Shown: positions 50,719 through 60,457, counted from the stretch's first letter. The stretch is DNA of 64,000 bases from an uncultured Gemmatimonas sp. (GCA_964636415.1 CAZWSJ010000008.1:7548-71547), one strand, 5' to 3'. Notes: generated from the sequence alone by a model not told the origin. Translations and numbers: made by a program.

Positions 50719-51546
50719 ATGAGAACTGCCGAAACCGTGCTGGCATGCTGTGTGGTGGGACTCGCCTGCTTCATCGGCGGCCAGATGTCAGCCTCGGGCG
50801 AATTGAAGCTGTGGAAGTCACCCGCAGGCAGTTCTGCAGAAGCCATTGTTGCACGGGATGGCGCGGGGGTGGTGATAGAGCGCGACGACAGCGACAGCGT
50901 CGATGGCAGTAGCCATGGCAGCAGTGGTGCGGACACGTCAGCCCCGGATGATCCGCTCAATGCGACAAGCAATGAAGCAAGCTTGCGTCTGCGCCTGGCG
51001 TCTCCGGACACTTACATGGACGACATTCTGGCCTCGCGTGACTCAAGTATCGTGCGCTGGCATGATCGCCTTGCCAACCCGGTGCGGGTGTTCGTTGGCA
51101 ACGGTTCAGCGCTCTCCGGCTGGAAGCCCGACTTCGTTCCGGTGGTGCGCGATGCATTCGACACCTGGGCAGGAGTTGGCATTCCACTGCGCTTCCTCTT
51201 CGTTACCGACTCAGCCAGTGCTGAAGTGCAGGTCAGATTCGTGGACGAGTTCGACAACGGAACGAGCGGTCGAACGGTATGGAGCAGAGACGTCAATTAC
51301 TGGCTGGTGAACGCCGAGGTACAGCTCGCGATACACCATCCCGGAGGAGGCGAGGTGAGCCCACCCCAAATGCGGGCAATAGCGCTGCACGAGGTTGGCC
51401 ACCTGCTTGGCCTGGATCACGCCGCCAACCCGGAGAACATCATGTCGGCACACATTCGTGCACGCGAATTGAGTGAGGCTGACCGAGCCACGGCGCGGCT
51501 GGTTTACAGCGTGTCTCCGGGCTCACTCAAGTCGGGCCGGAACTGA
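50719..51546 (+). CDS. Matrixin (M10)-family metalloprotease
   Basis: HEVGHLLGLDH and Met-turn NIMS. Confidence 0.88.
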   Translation: MRTAETVLACCVVGLACFIGGQMSASGELKLWKSPAGSSAEAIVARDGAGVVIERDDSDSVDGSSHGSSGADTSAPDDPLNATSNEASLRLRLASPDTYMDDILASRDSSIVRWHDRLANPVRVFVGNGSALSGWKPDFVPVVRDAFDTWAGVGIPLRFLFVTDSASAEVQVRFVDEFDNGTSGRTVWSRDVNYWLVNAEVQLAIHHPGGGEVSPPQMRAIALHEVGHLLGLDHAANPENIMSAHIRARELSEADRATARLVYSVSPGSLKSGRN

Positions 51547-51814
51547 GCTGACAAGCAGGATCTGCGCGGCCCCGGAGCTTTGACTCAAGGCCAGAGTTGC
51601 CCGCAGATCATTTGAATCGTTTCAGGTGTATAAGGCTCACTGGATCAGAAAAACGGCCTGTCCGGGGACAAATTGCAGCTCAGCCATTGACGGAGCGGCG
51701 AACCTGCTTTAGATGCCTCTGGAGAGTCCCTACCGCAACACCGAGTTTCCGCTGCACCCATGTGGCTTCCACATCCGGTGCCTGTCGTGATCGCTCCTGC
51801 AGACCAGCCTGCCC

Positions 51815-53170
51815 GTGTTTCTTCTCGCTGCAGTCCTCACTTTTGCTGCTGCCGACGTGACTAACGTCGCTTATGCCGGAGGCGGTCTCCCCGCCGGCAA
51901 GCCAAGCGAGTTCGGTATGGAAGCGGCGCGTCTTGAGGTGATTGACAGGGTCGTTCGCCGCGGAATCAATGAAGGCGGGTACCCGGGTGCCGCTGTGGTA
52001 GTGGGTCGCAAGGGTTATAGCGTTCTCTCCCGTGGCTTTGGATCGCTCGACTGGACCGGTAAGACCGCTGTATCCCCGGATGAGAGTCTCTACGATCTGG
52101 CCTCGCTCACCAAGGTTGTGGCCACCACCACTGCCATCATGGTGCTGTATGACCAGGGCAAGGTACAGCTCGACGCACCTGTGTCCCGCTATCTGCCCGA
52201 TTTCAGTGGCGGCCTGCGTGACAAGGTCACGGTGCAGCAGCTCCTCACGCACCACTCGGGCCTGCCCGCCGGCCGGGAGCTCTGGCGACTTGCCAAGACG
52301 CCCGCTGAAGCCAGGGCGCTGGTGCTTTTGTCGCCCATACGCTGCACGCCGGGTCGTTGCTACGAGTATTCCGATCTTGGCGCCGACCTTCTGGCGTTCA
52401 TTGTCGAGTCAGTAAGCGGCCAGCGTCTCGACACTTTCGTTGAGAGCAATGTGTTCGGCAAGCTGGGCATGACGGACACACGTTTCCGCCCCTCGGCGCT
52501 GGACATTGCCCGTTCTGCGCCCACCGAAGTGGCGCCCAAGCGCGGCTATCCGCTGCGCGGCGAAGTACACGACGAGAACGCCTGGGCCCTGGGCGGAGTG
52601 GCCGGTCATGCGGGCCTCTTCAGCACCGCAGCCGATTTATCGGTGTTCGCCCAGATGATGATCGACGGCGGCAGTTACAACGGGGTGCGTATCGTGGCCG
52701 ACTCCACGGTCGCGCTCTTCACGCGCCGTGCCGCGGGTCACCGGGCGCTGGGCTGGGACACATGCGACGGCGGCGTTGGCTGCGGCCAGTACCTCACTGA
52801 ACGCGCTTATGGGCACACGGGATTCACGGGCACGTCGCTCTGGATCGATCCCGACAGGCAGATGTTCGTGATTCTGTTGACGAACCGTGTATATGCCTCC
52901 CGCGCCAGACGACCTTCTAAGGTTATTTCTGACGTGCGGAACGACCTTGCCGATGCCGCTGTGCTGGCGGTGATTGACGGCCCCGAGGGCAGACGAGAAA
53001 TGCCGGCCAGCTTCCGTGCCGATGTGGCTGAGGACTGGAACAGGCCGGTCAAGCCTGCACCACGCAAAGCTGCGCCAGCCAGGAAAACCACCACCGTCAA
53101 GAAGGCAGCCGCCGCCCCTGCAAAAAAGACCACTGCCACCGCTGTCAAGAAGCCCGCAGCCAGGAGCTGA
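51815..53170 (+). CDS. Beta-lactamase-family serine hydrolase with Lys/Ala-rich tail
   Basis: SLTK, YSD, GEVHDENA, GHAGLF and GHTGFTG. Confidence 0.9.
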   Translation: MFLLAAVLTFAAADVTNVAYAGGGLPAGKPSEFGMEAARLEVIDRVVRRGINEGGYPGAAVVVGRKGYSVLSRGFGSLDWTGKTAVSPDESLYDLASLTKVVATTTAIMVLYDQGKVQLDAPVSRYLPDFSGGLRDKVTVQQLLTHHSGLPAGRELWRLAKTPAEARALVLLSPIRCTPGRCYEYSDLGADLLAFIVESVSGQRLDTFVESNVFGKLGMTDTRFRPSALDIARSAPTEVAPKRGYPLRGEVHDENAWALGGVAGHAGLFSTAADLSVFAQMMIDGGSYNGVRIVADSTVALFTRRAAGHRALGWDTCDGGVGCGQYLTERAYGHTGFTGTSLWIDPDRQMFVILLTNRVYASRARRPSKVISDVRNDLADAAVLAVIDGPEGRREMPASFRADVAEDWNRPVKPAPRKAAPARKTTTVKKAAAAPAKKTTATAVKKPAARS

Positions 53171-53206
53171 GCAGCCGGGCCGCGGTGCCGCAGTTATAAT
53201 TCAAGA

Positions 53207-53548
53207 ATGACAGACGAGCAGATACCCGAGGGGCAGAACACAGAGCCACCGGTTGTGTCAGTCGACCAGGCAAGGCTCGCGCTCAGGCGCGTCAAAGACC
53301 CCGACCTCAACCTCAACATTGTAGATCTGGGTCTCGTGTACGGAATCCGTACCGTTGGCTCCAAGGTCGAAGTTGATCTCACACTTACCACGCCGGGTTG
53401 TCCGTCGGGACCGGAAATCACGGGCGACATGGAAATAGAACTCCGGCGCCTCCCACGCGTGACAGACGTAGAGATCAACCTTGTCTGGTCTCCGCCATGG
53501 ACTCCGGACAAGATTGAGCCACGTGTCAGGGCCTACATGGGCTTCTGA
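53207..53548 (+). CDS. DUF59/SufT-like Fe-S cluster assembly factor
   Basis: VKDPDL..NIVDLGLVY, LTTPGCP and PPW. Confidence 0.9.
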   Translation: MTDEQIPEGQNTEPPVVSVDQARLALRRVKDPDLNLNIVDLGLVYGIRTVGSKVEVDLTLTTPGCPSGPEITGDMEIELRRLPRVTDVEINLVWSPPWTPDKIEPRVRAYMGF

Positions 53549-54074
53549 AGTCGCGCCGCTGCGTCTGCAGCATGCTGTACAGGTTCACAACTACGGGAAT
53601 AAGCGCCAGTGATCCCAACCAGAGTGCCAGGTCGGCAAGGTTGGCCACGATGGTGGTGTCGGCGGTGAGCCCGATTGCCAGAAAATCCGCCACTCCTGGC
53701 GGGCCAAAGAGCATGCTCAGCAGATTGCCAAGCGCGCCTCCCGAAACCAATCCCAGAGCAATGACAGCTCTGGGATCGAGCGAGGCCATTGAGCGGAGCA
53801 CAGCCATTACCAGAGCCAGCGCGAATACGGTCACCAGTACATTGATGTGATAGGTGAACGGGCCAAGTGACACGCCGCCGGCACTCGCGGTATTCCAGAC
53901 AAGCACGAAGCCAAAACGCTCTGTGGGCATAAGGCTCAGACCATCACCCAAGAGGCGAACCGCTGTTGCCTTGGCGGCCAGGTCCAGTCCGCAGACCGCG
54001 ATCGCCAGAAAGAAGTAGCGCCGCACGAGACGGTTGATGGATTGTGGCTGGACTCCGGTCTGTTCTGCTGACAT
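53526..54074 (-). CDS. Lipoprotein signal peptidase II-like protein (atypical)
   Basis: LDLAAK, WN, GGALGN, VADF and NLAD; the usual DR after GN is absent. Confidence 0.75.
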   Translation of the reverse strand: MSAEQTGVQPQSINRLVRRYFFLAIAVCGLDLAAKATAVRLLGDGLSLMPTERFGFVLVWNTASAGGVSLGPFTYHINVLVTVFALALVMAVLRSMASLDPRAVIALGLVSGGALGNLLSMLFGPPGVADFLAIGLTADTTIVANLADLALWLGSLALIPVVVNLYSMLQTQRRDFRSPCRP

Positions 54075-54125
54075 GGCTATCCGCTCTTGGAAGAATTGGG
54101 GAGGGTGCTGCCAATCAGAGAGCCA

Positions 54126-54260
54126 TGCACTTCATGTGCCGTACTCAGCCATTGCAATAATGTGGCAGTGAAGCAACAGAGCTGTCCGGATTACTTCGTC
54201 TGCAAACGCGTAAGTTATTTACAATCAATAACTTGTAAGCGATTGCAAAATTGGCCAAAA
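54126..54260 (-). promoter_or_regulatory. Candidate sigma54 promoter with IHF site
   Basis: Minus-strand CGGCACATGAAGTGCA (GG-N10-GC) at 54141-54126; AATCAATAACTTG (WATCAANNNNTTR) at 54223-54235. Confidence 0.55.
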
Positions 54261-54445
54261 AAAATCTGGGATTGAGATCTGAAAGCAACCCTTTGCTGGC
54301 AGGCAACAACGGCGTGGCAAGAGCTCCACAGATATCAGTGACCAGAGACACAAAACCACACTCCGCTATCGCTCGGCCTCGTGGAGCCAAGCCGGTCCTG
54401 AGCTTGCCACGAGGCACATCCGGAGCGTCAGTACCCGCCACCGGC

Positions 54446-55582
54446 CTAAGCCAGTTGTGACATAAAACCCGGCCCCAGCAGATCAGCCTGCCACTTTCTC
54501 ATTCCAGGCACCTCAAGGAGATCATCTACCTCACGAGGCTTGCAGCGTACGATTGCCTCCAGACGCTCACGCGAACACAGAAGCCCCGGGTCCAGATCCA
54601 GGTCTCCGGCCACCTTGTCACGCAAGGTCTTGAGCCCGGCGACCTTGACGTCGAAATCAGGATCCCGCTCCCAGCGCGGCGCTCTGGGAAAACGAGGCAG
54701 CTCGGCTTCCGGAACCTCATTGCCACGTTCAACGGCAGCGAGAACGTCACGAACCGAGGCCTCGGGCATGCCCCGAGGGAAACCCTTTACCGCCGACACG
54801 GCATCCCGGGAACCCGGTGCCGATCTCGCCATGGCCAGCAATACCTCGTTTCCGGTTACACGAAAAGTTGCCCGGTCCAGCTCAGCCGCGAGGGCGTCGC
54901 GCCAGTGTACCAGCTCACGCAACCTGGCCAGCTCCCTCCTGCTGAGATCACGCGCCCCCTTCACCCGGAGAAAACCGCTGTCAGGCTGCTCCGGCTCCCA
55001 GTGCGCACCCTCGCTTCGGTGGAACTCTTCCTCGGCCCATTGCCAGCGCCCCTTGGCCTCAAGCTCCTCGCGCAGCCTGTCGCGCAAGGCCAGCAGATAG
55101 CGTGTATCCTGAGCGGCATAGTCCAGCATGCCCTGCGTGAGAGGACGCATGCTCCAGTCGGCGCGCTGGTGCTTCTTGTCGAGATGAATATCGAAGTAGC
55201 GTTCCAATAGAGCGGCCAGACCAAATGAGCGGATACCCAGCAACTGGGCAGCCACCCGCGTGTCGAAAAGATGGGTTATGCGCCAGCCATAGTCCTGATG
55301 CAGCAGCCGCAAGTCATAGTCGGCATCGTGAAGCACCACCTCCACAGCGGGATCTTCCAGCAGGACTCCAAGCCGCGACGGCTTCCCTATGGGAAGCGGG
55401 TCAATTATCGCTTCATGCCTGTCGGTGGAAAGCTGCAGCAGGTAAATACGATCGACAAAGCGATGAAAACTTGCACCTTCGGTGTCCAGTGCCAGTGAAC
55501 GTACGCCATTGAGGCCCGCCAGGAATTTGTCGACGGAATCGACAGTATCGAGATATTGTGTGACCGGTGTAGTAGCAGACAT
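54446..55582 (-). CDS. rnd: Ribonuclease D (DEDDy plus HRDC)
   Basis: ALDTE, HDADYD, FDT, DWSMRPL and YAAQD; two HRDC-like domains. Confidence 0.92.
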   Translation of the reverse strand: MSATTPVTQYLDTVDSVDKFLAGLNGVRSLALDTEGASFHRFVDRIYLLQLSTDRHEAIIDPLPIGKPSRLGVLLEDPAVEVVLHDADYDLRLLHQDYGWRITHLFDTRVAAQLLGIRSFGLAALLERYFDIHLDKKHQRADWSMRPLTQGMLDYAAQDTRYLLALRDRLREELEAKGRWQWAEEEFHRSEGAHWEPEQPDSGFLRVKGARDLSRRELARLRELVHWRDALAAELDRATFRVTGNEVLLAMARSAPGSRDAVSAVKGFPRGMPEASVRDVLAAVERGNEVPEAELPRFPRAPRWERDPDFDVKVAGLKTLRDKVAGDLDLDPGLLCSRERLEAIVRCKPREVDDLLEVPGMRKWQADLLGPGFMSQLA

Positions 55583-55652
55583 ATGCCCGGAAGCTATAAC
55601 GTTGGGCCTCCTGATGGCCCCCCCGGGTTTTGCATACTAGCTTCGAGTGCGT

Positions 55653-56873
55653 ATGGCAGACGAGACAGTTGAGTCGCAATCCTCCCCAAAGCCACCTCCG
55701 GCACTTCGACCCGGTTGGCGAGCTACCGACATTGCCAGGGCCGCCACCATCTGCCTTGCCGTCTGGTTCGGCCTCAGGCTGGCATGGTCTGTCAGTTCGC
55801 TCATTTTCCTGGTCTTTCTGGCAACACTCTTCGGGCTCGCGATCAGCACGGGCGTCGATTTTCTCGAACGCTATCGCATCCGGCGTGGTGTGGGGTCGGC
55901 ACTCATCACACTTGCCGCAATAGCCTCCCTTGGAGGTGCTCTTGCATGGACCGCACCAACCCTCATCAGGCAAGGTAAGGAACTCCAGCGGGAGTTCCCC
56001 ACGGCCATAAGAAAGGTCCAGAGCTGGATCGACAGCAGACAGGACGGATTTCTTGGATCCCTTATCGTAAGCAGTGCCGTGCGTAATCAGGCTGACACTT
56101 CCGTGGCGGGCGTCGGCCGGCCGGGAGCGTCGGGCAGCGCCGTTCAGACAACCCCCACCGAGGCTCTTCGCCAGAGGCTCAGCGACGGAGTTGCAGGAGT
56201 GTCGCACTACCTGTTCTCCATCGTATCCAACACGCTCGCCGCACTCACGGCCTTCGTACTGATGGTTTTTCTCGCGATGTACATCGCGGCCGAACCAGTG
56301 GTATACCGAACCTGGCTGCTGGCCGTGGTGCCCGCCACGTCCCGGCCCTACGTGCGCGAGGTACTGGCTCGGGTGGCGGTGGTGCTTCGCAAGTGGCTGC
56401 TCACGCAGCTCATTGCCATGATCGTGATTGGTCTGGTGAGCATGGTGGTGCTTCTGCTCCTCGACGTGAAGGCGGCCTTTGCGCTTGCCTTCATTGCCGG
56501 CCTCATGGAATTCATACCAACTGTTGGCCCCATGCTCTCGGCGGTGCCCGCCGTGCTCATGGGTTTCGTGGATTCACCCGAGAAAGCCCTTGCAGTGGCC
56601 ATTGCTTACTGGGGAATACAGTTTCTCGAAAACAATCTGCTCATACCATACCTGATGCGCGGTGAGATGGACCTGCCACCCGCGATCACTCTCGTGGCTC
56701 AGGCACTGATGACGCTGACCTTTGGCTTTCTGGGCCTCATGGTAGCGGTGCCTCTCACCGCAGCCGTTCTTGTGCCTGTGCGTATGGTTGCCGAGCGTGA
56801 GGATGCGCTTGAGCTGGAACACCTGTCGGCCACCAGACAACTGCGTTTCAAGCGCCGACAGGTGAAATCCTGA
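55653..56873 (+). CDS. AI-2E family transporter
   Basis: FIPTVGP and QFLENNLLIP motifs; multi-TM. Confidence 0.9.
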   Translation: MADETVESQSSPKPPPALRPGWRATDIARAATICLAVWFGLRLAWSVSSLIFLVFLATLFGLAISTGVDFLERYRIRRGVGSALITLAAIASLGGALAWTAPTLIRQGKELQREFPTAIRKVQSWIDSRQDGFLGSLIVSSAVRNQADTSVAGVGRPGASGSAVQTTPTEALRQRLSDGVAGVSHYLFSIVSNTLAALTAFVLMVFLAMYIAAEPVVYRTWLLAVVPATSRPYVREVLARVAVVLRKWLLTQLIAMIVIGLVSMVVLLLLDVKAAFALAFIAGLMEFIPTVGPMLSAVPAVLMGFVDSPEKALAVAIAYWGIQFLENNLLIPYLMRGEMDLPPAITLVAQALMTLTFGFLGLMVAVPLTAAVLVPVRMVAEREDALELEHLSATRQLRFKRRQVKS

Positions 56874-56876
56874 GCC

Positions 56877-57680
56877 ATGAAACGGAAGCTTGGTGATTAC
56901 ACGGTTGGATATGAGGAGAGCGGCGACGGGGTAGTGCTGATACTTCTGCACGGCTTCCCGCATGACAGGCGATTATGGGATCCAGTAAGACGCGGTGTTG
57001 CGGGCACCGCCAGATGCATCACTCCGGATTTACGAGGCTTCGGTGAGTCTTCCGCGGGTGAGTGTCGAGCTTCCATGGACCAGTACGCCGACGATCTGGC
57101 GGCATTCATGGATGCTCTGGGTATTGAGCAAGCGGTGGTGGGCGGCATTTCCATGGGTGGCTATGTGACCATGGCCTTCTGGCGGAGGCATCGGGAGCGT
57201 GTAAGAGCACTGATGTTCTCTGATACCCGGGCTGATGCTGATAGCGCGGAGACTCGGAGCCGTCGTGATTTGCACATTGAACTGGCGGCCAGAGAAGGTG
57301 CCGAGGCCATTTCAAAGCTGCTGTTGCCGAGCCTGGTAAGCCAGCAGACCATGGAGGGACGACCCGATATCACAAATGCCCTTGAGATAATGATGGCGGG
57401 CCAACCTGTAAGTGTTATAATATCTGCACTGAAGGCTATGCGTGACCGTCAGGATTCACGTGCCAGCCTTGCAGGCATTGATGTTCCCACTTTGGTGTTG
57501 GTTGGGGAGAGCGACAAACTGTCCCCGCCAAATGAGGCGCGAGCATTGGTTGAGGCCATACCGGCCACAACCTCTACGCGACTCGAGATAATAGCTGGTG
57601 CTGCTCACCTACCCTGCCTTGAGCGTCCTGCACCCGTGGTGTTTGTGCTGTCCGAGTTTCTGTCCTCGCTGAATCCCTGA
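56877..57680 (+). CDS. Alpha/beta hydrolase
   Basis: LHGFP, DLRGFG, GISMGG, GESD and AAH. Confidence 0.9.
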   Translation: MKRKLGDYTVGYEESGDGVVLILLHGFPHDRRLWDPVRRGVAGTARCITPDLRGFGESSAGECRASMDQYADDLAAFMDALGIEQAVVGGISMGGYVTMAFWRRHRERVRALMFSDTRADADSAETRSRRDLHIELAAREGAEAISKLLLPSLVSQQTMEGRPDITNALEIMMAGQPVSVIISALKAMRDRQDSRASLAGIDVPTLVLVGESDKLSPPNEARALVEAIPATTSTRLEIIAGAAHLPCLERPAPVVFVLSEFLSSLNP

Positions 57681-57748
57681 CCGGGGAGTGCCGTCGGCAC
57701 AAACCGGTTTGCAGTGCCCCACCCAAGACGGACTGATAACATATGATG

Positions 57749-58378
57749 ATGAATCCAGCGGAAACACTGGCCTGCGAAGCTGAACGCAGGCGTGTGGCTC
57801 GCATTGGCAGTTGGCTGTTTCGTCATCGCGGATGGCTGCCCGTCCCCTTTCTCTTGGTCCCGCTCGTGGTTGAAGGCGTTCAGACCGCCACCACCTGGAC
57901 CATCGGGCTTTCGATGGTGGTGCTGGGAGAATTTGTACGTCTGGCCGGCGTGGCCGCTGCAGGTACCGTAACCCGCAGGCGTTCTCGCGACGTGCAGCGA
58001 CTGGTTACCTACGGGGCTTTCTCCTGCTGCAGAAATCCGCTTTATGTTGGCAATTTTCTCATCTGGTCGGGCTTCATTGTCATTTCCGGCGTATTCTGGT
58101 TTTTGCCACTGGCAACAGTGATCTTCGCAATCGAGTACAGCTTCATCGTGTGGTACGAGGAAGGCGTACTGGAGTCCATTTTTGGCGACGAGTATCTGCA
58201 CTACAAGAAGAGCACACCGCGCTGGCTGCCGCGCCTGAACGGGTTCAGAACCAACGGCGAGCATCAGTGGCTTGAGGCGTTCTGGAGTGAACGCTCAACC
58301 GCTCTTCAGTATGCCCTGCTCATAGGAGTTTTCCTGCTGAAGGATCAGTACTGGTATGCTGATCCCCCGGAGCTCTGA
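57749..58378 (+). CDS. Isoprenylcysteine carboxyl methyltransferase / PEMT-family membrane protein
   Basis: LVTYG.F...RNPLY.G, EE..L...FG..Y..Y and PRW. Confidence 0.85.
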   Translation: MNPAETLACEAERRRVARIGSWLFRHRGWLPVPFLLVPLVVEGVQTATTWTIGLSMVVLGEFVRLAGVAAAGTVTRRRSRDVQRLVTYGAFSCCRNPLYVGNFLIWSGFIVISGVFWFLPLATVIFAIEYSFIVWYEEGVLESIFGDEYLHYKKSTPRWLPRLNGFRTNGEHQWLEAFWSERSTALQYALLIGVFLLKDQYWYADPPEL

Positions 58379-58383
58379 CGCCG

Positions 58384-58428
58384 CTGCTGCGAGTGCTGCT
58401 TGTGCTGCTTGTGCTGCGGGTGCTGCTT
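58384..58428. repeat. Five 9-bp tandem units (GTGCTGCTT) between convergent genes
   Basis: Directly visible. Confidence 0.85.
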
Positions 58429-58446
58429 GTGTGCAGTTGAAGGGGC

Positions 58447-58710
58447 TTAGCGCGTTGGACGTCCTGGCGGGTTGGGCCCTTCAAAGACATCGCGATTCTT
58501 GGCTATGTAGCTCTTGAGCTGCACCGGCACGTCTTCTTCGGGGAAAATGGCGGTTACCGGACACTCCGGTTCACATGCGCCGCAATCGATGCACTCGTCC
58601 GGATGTATGTAGAGCTGGTCTTCACCTTCATAAATGCAGTCGACCGGACAAACGTCTACACAGGACTTGTCCTTGACGTTGATGCAGGCTTCGGTAATGA
58701 CGTAAGGCAT
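58447..58710 (-). CDS. 7Fe-type ferredoxin ([3Fe-4S]+[4Fe-4S])
   Basis: CINVKDKSCVDVCPVDC and CIDCGACEPECP. Confidence 0.92.
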   Translation of the reverse strand: MPYVITEACINVKDKSCVDVCPVDCIYEGEDQLYIHPDECIDCGACEPECPVTAIFPEEDVPVQLKSYIAKNRDVFEGPNPPGRPTR

Positions 58711-58773
58711 GGGAGCGGTATCTCTGGTCGGACACGACCGGAAAGAGTGGAAACTCTTCCGAAAAGATATAGC

Positions 58774-59088
58774 CTAGCGCCTCCACGGGGGAAGTTCGCC
58801 CCATGGAAGGTCAGGATTTCGTTTGTAAACGGTGAAGGTACGACCTATCACCTGTACGACCTCAGCGTCGAGGGCTTCTGCTGCCATGCTGGCAGCCTCG
58901 CGGGCACTCAATTCACCACCACGTGCGACCTGGCTCTTGACGAGCTCATGCGTACGGAGCACGTCGGCCAGACTGTTGAGCAAAGGCCGGGTGAGACCGG
59001 CCTGACCCACGTGAACCTGAACCGCCAGATGGTGTGCTTCAGCGCGAAGAGCTGCCCGCTCTTTACCGGACATGCCGTTGCTGCTCAT
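58774..59088 (-). CDS. yhbY: YhbY/CRM RNA-binding protein
   Basis: LRAEAHHL, VGQAG, HELVK and QVIG. Confidence 0.88.
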   Translation of the reverse strand: MSSNGMSGKERAALRAEAHHLAVQVHVGQAGLTRPLLNSLADVLRTHELVKSQVARGGELSAREAASMAAEALDAEVVQVIGRTFTVYKRNPDLPWGELPPWRR

Positions 59089-59777
59089 GGTCTATCACCG
59101 TCGCTGGCGAAGTAGGAAATGGGGTTGATTGGCGGGCCATCCCACCAGGCTCTGCCGGCACCGCGCTTCATCACCTGGAAATGCAAATGCGGCGTGTTTT
59201 TTGGCGCGTTGCCGGTAGTACCTACATAACCGATTACGGAGCCTTTTGCGATCCTGTCACCCACCTTGAGCCCACGCCTGTAGCGCTCGAGGTGGGCGTA
59301 GTAGTAGACGAACCGCTCGTCCGGATCGTAAGCGTAGATAATGATGCCTCCGATGGGGCCACTGGAGAGCCGCCCGATGACGCAGTCGGTGGCAGCCAGC
59401 ACGGGTGTTGATCGGGGTGCCAGGATGTCCAGAGCCGCATGGGTGCGGCCGTTGGAGCGGCCGGCGGTATAGCTGTCGCCCAGAGCAGATCTCTTGATCC
59501 CTTCCACGGGGAGCATCATCTGTCGCGCCCAGAGCGCGTCGAGGTCGGTTTCGCTTATGGCTGCATTCACCGGGCCCACATGCTCCGGGGTGGGTGAAAG
59601 TACGGGGCGTGTGGCTTCGGCTGGCGCCTCAGGGCGTGCAGCACCCGGAGGCAGTTCCCCAGCGGGGGGTCGGGGAAACGGTGAAGGCACCGGACCGCCA
59701 CCACAGGCCATCACCAGCAATGAGAACCCCCACAACACAGCCTGACGCAGTCCATTGAGGGCCATTAACGCCCTCAT
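59085..59777 (-). CDS. M23-family metallopeptidase lipoprotein
   Basis: Lipobox LVMAC; HAALD, YAHL and PHLHF. Confidence 0.9.
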   Translation of the reverse strand: MRALMALNGLRQAVLWGFSLLVMACGGGPVPSPFPRPPAGELPPGAARPEAPAEATRPVLSPTPEHVGPVNAAISETDLDALWARQMMLPVEGIKRSALGDSYTAGRSNGRTHAALDILAPRSTPVLAATDCVIGRLSSGPIGGIIIYAYDPDERFVYYYAHLERYRRGLKVGDRIAKGSVIGYVGTTGNAPKNTPHLHFQVMKRGAGRAWWDGPPINPISYFASDGDRP

Positions 59778-59790
59778 TCACCCCCCCGGC

Positions 59791-60204
59791 TCAACCCTGC
59801 ACCACCTCAGGCCTGAAATAAGGCTCCAGGTAGCGGAGCATATCCTCAACAGTGCTTACCCTCTCCTTGACCTCATCCAGATCGCTGGCACGCGGCAAGC
59901 GGGCACCAGCCCGATCAGCGATCACAAGCACCGCGTCTTCGAGGTCAAGGTCCGCCAGGCCATGAACCTGCTCAAGGCTGTCACCCAGCCCCACCCGGTA
60001 GTGGACTTCACCCATGCCGTGTCGCTCGGCCAAATAGCCGTACACGGCGGAAAGAAGAATCTCCGGATAGCGCCCACGCGCAGCGTCACGCAGTCGCGAC
60101 AGCCCATCGCGCTCAATGGACTGTTTCGAGATGCGCTGTGCACGCACCAGCGCGTATAGGCCAGCGGCCAGAACTGTAAGCGCCAAGATCACAGTGATAC
60201 TCAC
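59791..60204 (-). CDS. Hypothetical single-TM protein with ACP-like C-terminus
   Basis: GGAGG SD before GTG 60204; N-terminal TM helix; GLADLDLED...STVEDMLRYL. Confidence 0.6.
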   Translation of the reverse strand: MSITVILALTVLAAGLYALVRAQRISKQSIERDGLSRLRDAARGRYPEILLSAVYGYLAERHGMGEVHYRVGLGDSLEQVHGLADLDLEDAVLVIADRAGARLPRASDLDEVKERVSTVEDMLRYLEPYFRPEVVQG

Positions 60205-60420
60205 TGTGCAAGCATCCTCCGCTAGCGGCGGGAACCGTCCATATCCTGCCCGGCAGATACGGGAGGACGGGAATGTTGGTGGCTCTACTCTAGCACCATT
60301 GACGTCAAGGCGGAATAGGTTGTTAGTCGCGACATGATCAATTTTACGCGGGCGTCTCGCACACGGGCCGCTTTCATGCGCCCACACAGCGCAAACCGCC
60401 GCAATTCGTGAACGGTTTCG

Positions 60421-60457
60421 TTGACGTATCCCCTTGCTCCTCCGTATATTCCTCCGG
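60421..60457 (+). promoter_or_regulatory. suf operon promoter TTGACG-N18-TATATT, likely leaderless
   Basis: The -10 ends 7 nt before ATG 60458; no SD. Confidence 0.65.

Noticed and set aside
51717-51760. CTCTGGAGAG...CACCGAG resembling the start of a glycine riboswitch
   Set aside because: It lacks the GAAG(G) and CTCTCAGG elements, and the downstream gene is not glycine-related.
54376-54415. Minus-strand TCAGGACCGG resembling SRP RNA helix 8
   Set aside because: No GNRA loop or AGCAG partner strand.
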